Part shown: positions 58,812 to 64,000 of the stretch, in pieces
Position numbering within the stretch: the stretch's first letter is position 1
Layout: each line of letters starts with the position of its first letter
Origin: Desulfobacterales bacterium
GTDB lineage: Bacteria; Desulfobacterota; Desulfobacteria; Desulfobacterales; JASJAZ01
DNA: 64,000 nt
Direction: 5' to 3'
Assembly: GCA_030066785.1 (NCBI GenBank)
Contig: JASJAZ010000072.1
Span: 1,066 to 65,065 of the forward strand
Program-made: the position numbers and the translations under genes
Notes under the pieces: model-generated
Seen by the model: only the letters and a program-made list of their open reading frames with translations
What the model was told of the DNA's origin: nothing
Databases searched by the model: none

Positions 58812-59306
58812 ATGGATATTGTTACGGCCAAAATCGAAACATTATTTCAAGAAAAATTATTATTATATCAGGATTTGCTGGAAGTCTTGAAACAGGAAGC
58901 CGCCTGTCTGGGCGAGGTGGATGTGGACAGGTTATGGCAGTTTTCCAAAGCCAAACAGGACTTGGCCGTTCGTATTGACGAAATTCGCCATCAGATTTTA
59001 GCGGTTTTAACCGACGCTTCGATTGAACATGGCATGGACACGTCCTCTTTTAACGTTTCCAAAATTATGACCCTGTTATCGGCCCCGCTATATCAAACCT
59101 TGCGCCGTTTCAATATGTCGCTAATGACACTCAAAGATGAAATTCAGACCCTGGCAGCCCAAAATAAACGGTTTGTGGAAGATTATTTAAAAATATTAGA
59201 TGATTTGATGGGAATTATTACGGCCACTGATCAGAATGATCCGGTATACGCCGCAACTTCGCATACCGATCGGCGCGCAAACCTTTTACTGCACACCGAG
59301 GTTTAG
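58812..59306 (+). CDS. flgN: flagellar chaperone FlgN
   Basis: Helical, L..E...L...D.D.L....K, N..F, Y near C-terminus; directly before flgK. Confidence 0.82.
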   Translation: MDIVTAKIETLFQEKLLLYQDLLEVLKQEAACLGEVDVDRLWQFSKAKQDLAVRIDEIRHQILAVLTDASIEHGMDTSSFNVSKIMTLLSAPLYQTLRRFNMSLMTLKDEIQTLAAQNKRFVEDYLKILDDLMGIITATDQNDPVYAATSHTDRRANLLLHTEV

Positions 59307-59308
59307 CT

Positions 59309-61063
59309 ATGTCGGGAATTACCACGCTTTTAAATATCGCCAAAGGTGCGCTTGCCGCCCAGCAATATGGCTTAAATGTCACCGGTCATAACATTGCCAA
59401 TGTGAATACACCCGGTTACAGCCGCCAGAACGTACCCCACACGTCGGCCATGCCGTATCAAGCCGGCGGCTTTTTGATCGGAAATGGCGTGGAGGTTGAT
59501 CAGATTCAACGTTCAACGGACCTGATGCTTGAAAATCGACTTCGCCAGAGCAATTCGGACTTGGCTGGATTTGAAGAAATTGCCAATTATATCCGCATTC
59601 TCGAAAATGCATTTAATGAGAATACGGATGACAGCATGAATCAGTTGCTATCCGATTTTTGGAATTCCTGGCAGGATTTATCCAACAATCCCCAGGGTAT
59701 TCCTGAAAGGGTGGCGGTGTATAATGCCGGCGTCCGTTTGACTGAAAAATTCGATGCCTTGAATGCGGAGCTTTTGAATGTTGAAACTGAAATGACTCAG
59801 GAAGTGGAAGTTTCCATTACTGAAATTAATAACTTAACAGTCCAAATAGCTGATTTAAATAAACAAATCGTGGTGCTAGAAACAACCCGATCAGCCAACG
59901 ATTTGCATGATAAACGGGACGTATTGGTGACCCAATTGGCTCAGCATATCGGAATCCGTGTTTTTCCTCAAGATAACGGCGCCTATACCATTGTTACCGG
60001 AAATGGCAACACTTTGATATCAGGGGTTGATGCTTATCGGCTAGAGCTTTCAGGTGGTCGTGTATACTGGGAAGGCTCGGCTGGTATGATGGACATCACA
60101 GATCGTATTGAAGGTGGTAAAGTGGGCGGATGGTTAGATATGCGCGATGAAATCGTGGCCAAATATAAGACCGATTTGGATGAATTGGCCCATGGTTTGG
60201 CCTGGTCTGTTAACCTGCAGCACAGCCAGGGTGCTGGCTTGGAATACTTTGATGCGCAGTTGATCGGCAGTTATGCCGTCACAAACCCTGCGGCCGATTT
60301 ATCGCTCACAAGCACCCTTGATTTTGGTGATAAGATCGATTTTACCAAAAATTTTAAAATGTGGATCAAGGATAATACACCGGCAGCACCGGTGTCTGTG
60401 GAAATCGATCTTTCCACTTTGGCCACACCATCACTAAATGAATTTGTGGCGGCTTTCAATGTGGCTGCCGGCGGGCGTGTGCTGGCCAGTGTCAATGCTG
60501 ACAACCAATTACAATTCCAACCCCAAGGTACCAATCAATTTGCATTTGGCGACGACGGTTTTGACGATTCCGGGTTTGCGGCCGCGCTTGGCATTAACAC
60601 CTTTTTTCAGGGCCATGACGCCATGACCATCAGGGTCAATGAGGTGTTGAAAGATCCGGAATACATCGCCGCGGCCAAATTGGACATCAACGGCGCGTTC
60701 GGTGTGGGCGACAACCGCAATGCCCTAGCCTTGACCGACGCGCAGCATATGCCTGTCAGCATTGATCAATGGACCTATATTCGCAATCAACCGCCCACCA
60801 GTAAAACCGTTTCAACATCATTTGACGAATATTACCGCACCATGGTCAGCTCGCTAGGTGTCAAAGCATTGAGCACGTCTCGCGACGTGGAATTTAACCA
60901 GACGATGGTAACGAAAATCGGTGAGCAGCGGGATTCCATTTCGGCGGTATCGCTGGATGAAGAGATGGTCAGTCTAATGAAATACCAGCATGCGTATGCC
61001 GTGGCCGCCAAATTGCTCACCATGGCTGATGAAGTTCTTGAGGATCTGGTTAGGGCTAAATAA
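59309..61063 (+). CDS. flgK: hook-associated protein FlgK
   Basis: GHNIANVNTPGYSRQ, NDL.D.RD, SAVSLDEEM..LMKYQHAY. Confidence 0.96.
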   Translation: MSGITTLLNIAKGALAAQQYGLNVTGHNIANVNTPGYSRQNVPHTSAMPYQAGGFLIGNGVEVDQIQRSTDLMLENRLRQSNSDLAGFEEIANYIRILENAFNENTDDSMNQLLSDFWNSWQDLSNNPQGIPERVAVYNAGVRLTEKFDALNAELLNVETEMTQEVEVSITEINNLTVQIADLNKQIVVLETTRSANDLHDKRDVLVTQLAQHIGIRVFPQDNGAYTIVTGNGNTLISGVDAYRLELSGGRVYWEGSAGMMDITDRIEGGKVGGWLDMRDEIVAKYKTDLDELAHGLAWSVNLQHSQGAGLEYFDAQLIGSYAVTNPAADLSLTSTLDFGDKIDFTKNFKMWIKDNTPAAPVSVEIDLSTLATPSLNEFVAAFNVAAGGRVLASVNADNQLQFQPQGTNQFAFGDDGFDDSGFAAALGINTFFQGHDAMTIRVNEVLKDPEYIAAAKLDINGAFGVGDNRNALALTDAQHMPVSIDQWTYIRNQPPTSKTVSTSFDEYYRTMVSSLGVKALSTSRDVEFNQTMVTKIGEQRDSISAVSLDEEMVSLMKYQHAYAVAAKLLTMADEVLEDLVRAK

Positions 61064-61098
61064 TAGATGTTATGAAAAAGTAACCAACTGCAAAGGGG

Positions 61099-62340
61099 AT
61101 GATGATGCGGGTCGCGCATTCAACTCTGTATAATACCAACATGCTACGGTTGGGCGATCTGACCAGTCGACTCAGTCTTGCCAATGAGGTGGTTTCCACT
61201 GGTAAACAGATCAATAAGCTATCAGATGACCCCACCGGGTTAAATCAGGTATTAAACATCAAAGCCAATCTGGCCAATCTGGAACAGCTTAAGCGCAATA
61301 TATCCGAGGGACGCACCTGGCTGAATTCGGCTGAAACCGCCCTCGCAACAACCAAAGAATTGGTCACCGATACCAAGGTGTTGGCCTTGGCAATGGACAA
61401 CGACTCGGTGAGTTCGGCCGATCGTGCCGAAGCTGCTGCGACTGTAAGGGGCACTTTGGAGCATCTGGTTATGTTGGCCAATTCGGACTTAAATGGGCGC
61501 TATATTTTCGCCGGCACCCGGATTGACACGGTACCTTTCCAACTGGATACAACGGTAAATCCGCCCACGGTCACTTACCATGGCAACGACAGTGAATTTG
61601 CTGTCAAGTCCGGTCGTAACACCACCGTCGGTGTCGGTCATGACGGGGAAAAAATTTTTTGGGAAGATACCCTGGAGGTCGATGCTACCAATAATCGCAT
61701 TGATTTTAGTGAAGACGGTGGCACGACCCAGTTGGTGGCCACGATCCAAAATGGCACTTATACCGCCGATGCTCTGGCCGCCGAAGTGGAGCGCGCCCTG
61801 GAAGCTGCATCGGGTGTGGGGCGGGATTTTACCGCCACCTATGATGCCAATACCCGTCAGTATGCCATCACCAATGATGATGCAGGCAATCTGCAGATGC
61901 TGTGGAATTCAGGTGCCAACACAGGTACCAGTATTGCCCCCGATTTGGGCTTTGATCCGACTGCCGACGATGCGGTCGGTGGGCCCTACACCAGCGACAG
62001 GGAAGCACGCTGGGGTATTTTTCAGACCTTAATCGATCTTGAGGGGTATCTGCAGACCGATGATCGCAATGGCATTAACCGGTCTCTTTCACGGTTGGAT
62101 GCTAATCTCAACCATATGATTGCCGGCGTTTCATCCATTGGTGAAAAAGAAAGCCGCCTGGATGTTAAAGAGCAGATTATCGAAGATTTAATCCTTTCAT
62201 ATGAGGAAAAGCGTTCGAAAATCGAAGATGCCGATATCATCGAGGCGGTTTCCAAACTGCAAGCTGCTGAAATGGCGTATCAAGCCGCCCTGGCTTCAAC
62301 GGCCCGGATCTTAAGGTTAAGCCTGGTAGATTATATGTAA
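61099..62340 (+). CDS. flgL: hook-associated protein FlgL
   Basis: STGKQINKLSDDP, NGRYIFAG, EDAD, YQAAL, SLVDYM. Confidence 0.95.
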   Translation: MMMRVAHSTLYNTNMLRLGDLTSRLSLANEVVSTGKQINKLSDDPTGLNQVLNIKANLANLEQLKRNISEGRTWLNSAETALATTKELVTDTKVLALAMDNDSVSSADRAEAAATVRGTLEHLVMLANSDLNGRYIFAGTRIDTVPFQLDTTVNPPTVTYHGNDSEFAVKSGRNTTVGVGHDGEKIFWEDTLEVDATNNRIDFSEDGGTTQLVATIQNGTYTADALAAEVERALEAASGVGRDFTATYDANTRQYAITNDDAGNLQMLWNSGANTGTSIAPDLGFDPTADDAVGGPYTSDREARWGIFQTLIDLEGYLQTDDRNGINRSLSRLDANLNHMIAGVSSIGEKESRLDVKEQIIEDLILSYEEKRSKIEDADIIEAVSKLQAAEMAYQAALASTARILRLSLVDYM

Positions 62341-62446
62341 TTGACCGCAATTATCCCAATGCGATGCAGCTTGTTAATTTTTTCATTTTGCATTACGATT
62401 AGTCCAGCTTAGGTTTATGCTTACTTTTAATCGCCAGGGAGGGCGT

Positions 62447-62692
62447 ATGCTGGTCTTAACGCGTAAAATTGGAGAAAGTATTCATATCAATGATGATATT
62501 GTTGTCAGTGTTGTCGAGGTAAGTCGGGGCAAGGTTCGAATCGGTGTAGAGGCACCCGGCGATGTATCAATTCTGCGCAGTGAAATATATAGCCGTATCC
62601 GTGAGGAAAATATTGAATCCTCCGCCAGCAAAACCGAGACGTTGACGGATGCGGTTAAACTTCTAAAAAGGAAAATCCAGCCAAGGAAATAA
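62447..62692 (+). CDS. csrA: carbon storage regulator CsrA
   Basis: MLVLTRKIGESIHI..VRIGVEAP..V.ILRSEIY; GGAGG RBS before ATG 62447. Confidence 0.95.
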   Translation: MLVLTRKIGESIHINDDIVVSVVEVSRGKVRIGVEAPGDVSILRSEIYSRIREENIESSASKTETLTDAVKLLKRKIQPRK

Positions 62693-62693
62693 A

Positions 62694-63131
62694 TTGGAGC
62701 TGACCACCCAACAATTTGGAACCGTTCAAATCGACGACGAGAAAATTTTACAGATGCCGGCTGGTATGCCGGGCTTTGCAAACTTAAAACGGTTTATTGT
62801 TATCGAACGCGAAGAAATTACGCCGTTTTTCTGTTATCAGTCGGTGGATCAAGCGATGCTGTCGTTTATCATCATCAATCCATATCTGATTGAACCGAAC
62901 TATACCGTGGATGTGAGCGCAGGTTTGGATGAGATCGGATGGACCGGCAGCGAGCCGGCAGATATTAAGACCTATGTTATCGTCAATACGTATGATGGAT
63001 TGCCGGAAAAAATGACGGCTAATCTTCTGGGCCCTTTGCTAATAAACACCACACGCCGCGAAGCGGTTCAAAAAGTCTTTCCCAATTCGCCCTATTCTCA
63101 CAAGCATCCCTTATTCGGCCAAGCGGAATGA
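62694..63131 (+). CDS. fliW: flagellar assembly factor FliW
   Basis: FG, GMPGF, QS, INP, MTANLLGPLLIN, Q; TTG start. Confidence 0.93.
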   Translation: MELTTQQFGTVQIDDEKILQMPAGMPGFANLKRFIVIEREEITPFFCYQSVDQAMLSFIIINPYLIEPNYTVDVSAGLDEIGWTGSEPADIKTYVIVNTYDGLPEKMTANLLGPLLINTTRREAVQKVFPNSPYSHKHPLFGQAE

Positions 63132-63217
63132 GGGCAAACACCAACAAACGGGTGCCGGTGTCTTACGGCCCGCTCAGAAGCAGTCGTCATCCGGTTATAT
63201 CTTCCGTCGAAACGAGC

Positions 63218-63598
63218 CTATACCTTTTTATCAAAAAGGATTCCCAGCATTTCTTGCATTTTAGCGGCCAGGTTTAAAAGGCCTTCCGGCGGAATTTCCC
63301 GGATGAGGTCATTGGTATCCTTGTTAATGACCTTGATCATGGTGCGGCCGGTGGTTTCGTGAACGGAAAACTGCAGCCCCACATGATGCAGCATATCCAG
63401 ATCATTTGTCAGCGTTTCCAGCATTTCCTGGCTGGCCTCAGCTGCCTGTTCGGTCTGGGCCTCTTTTTTTTCAGCAGGTTGCTGCATTTGCTGGGCTTTC
63501 AGGGCCTCGTTACTTTGCACCACTTTAGCGCGCGCCATAGATCCCGAAGAAACTTCCGGACTGCTCGCTTTTAAAGTACTTTCAATTGCCCCAAACAT
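63218..63598 (-). CDS. flaG: flagellar protein FlaG
   Basis: LQFSVHETTGR..IKVINK.T..LIREIPPE..L......GILFDKKV. Confidence 0.93.
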   Translation of the reverse strand: MFGAIESTLKASSPEVSSGSMARAKVVQSNEALKAQQMQQPAEKKEAQTEQAAEASQEMLETLTNDLDMLHHVGLQFSVHETTGRTMIKVINKDTNDLIREIPPEGLLNLAAKMQEMLGILFDKKV

Positions 63599-63624
63599 GG
63601 ATTCACCTCTTTTCGTTGGTTAAT

Positions 63625-63951
63625 TTATGTGCGACTTTGGGTGCCATACATGCCGATTATGTTTTTGCGATATCTGAGCCGACTAAGGTCTTTAGCCATC
63701 TTATCGCGATGGGCCTCGATCTTTTTAATGGCCTCATCGACCTGTTTTTGAGTATGACGTATTTGCGACACTATTGCAGATGATCGCGGCAATTCCATCT
63801 GCTTAAGCTGTGTCATGGCGGCCTGCTGCTGATCCATCAGGCGGTTCAATGTCTCCGTATTCGGGCCATCAGCCTCAAGAGCGGCGTGCACCTGAGTGGC
63901 GTTTTCAAAAATGTCGCGGTACACCTGTTGGCAGGCATCAGACGGCAACAC
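63625..63951 (-). CDS. small helical protein, FliT-like
   Basis: AAGGAGG RBS, GTG start, helical, C-terminal Y; follows the probable fliS. Confidence 0.55.
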   Translation of the reverse strand: MLPSDACQQVYRDIFENATQVHAALEADGPNTETLNRLMDQQQAAMTQLKQMELPRSSAIVSQIRHTQKQVDEAIKKIEAHRDKMAKDLSRLRYRKNIIGMYGTQSRT

Positions 63952-64000
63952 GCAGGCCTCCTTGATCAGCAGTTTCTGTTAAATGCGGACCATTAACTTC
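63938..64000 (-). CDS. 3' end of a gene running in from beyond the window, probably flagellin chaperone FliS
   Basis: Minus strand reads EVNGPHLTETADQGGLRVAV*, overlapping the next start; G-L-x-V-A-V tail and position fit FliS. Confidence 0.45.
   Translation of the reverse strand, partial: EVNGPHLTETADQGGLRVAV

Noticed and set aside
1-64000. CRISPR arrays, rRNA/tRNA genes, transposases, prophage or defence genes
   Set aside because: No regularly spaced repeats, cloverleafs or relevant protein motifs seen; nearly all sequence is explained by the listed genes.

Overview
Chromosomal window that looks like a Desulfobacterota (Desulfobacterales-like) bacterium; this is an inference from gene content and order. 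Bases 1-15.3 kb are housekeeping and accessory genes: the 3' end of surE, tmk, a cysteine synthase fused to a degenerate cysteinyl-tRNA synthetase, a ferredoxin, plsC, rnj, ftsK, two SAM methyltransferases, two glycosyltransferases (one GTDC1/QTMAN-like), tpx with a damaged start codon and a flavodoxin-fold protein. Bases 15.4-24.7 kb are a motility regulatory block: a REC-GAF-HD-GYP protein, two PilZ proteins, an unannotated cheY pseudogene, two sigma54 activators with degenerate receivers and a large TPR protein. Bases 24.9-64 kb are a near-complete flagellar cluster with five clear sigma54 promoters and a recurring 14-bp palindromic box. The most unusual items are the CysM-CysRS fusion that lost HIGH/KMSKS but kept its Zn ligands and anticodon domain, an Asp-less MotB paralogue beside a normal one, a second FliL-like protein carrying FliM-type CheY-binding motifs, and the disabled cheY. 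I saw no rRNA, tRNA, CRISPR array or transposase. All calls come from reading motifs by eye; no database search was run.
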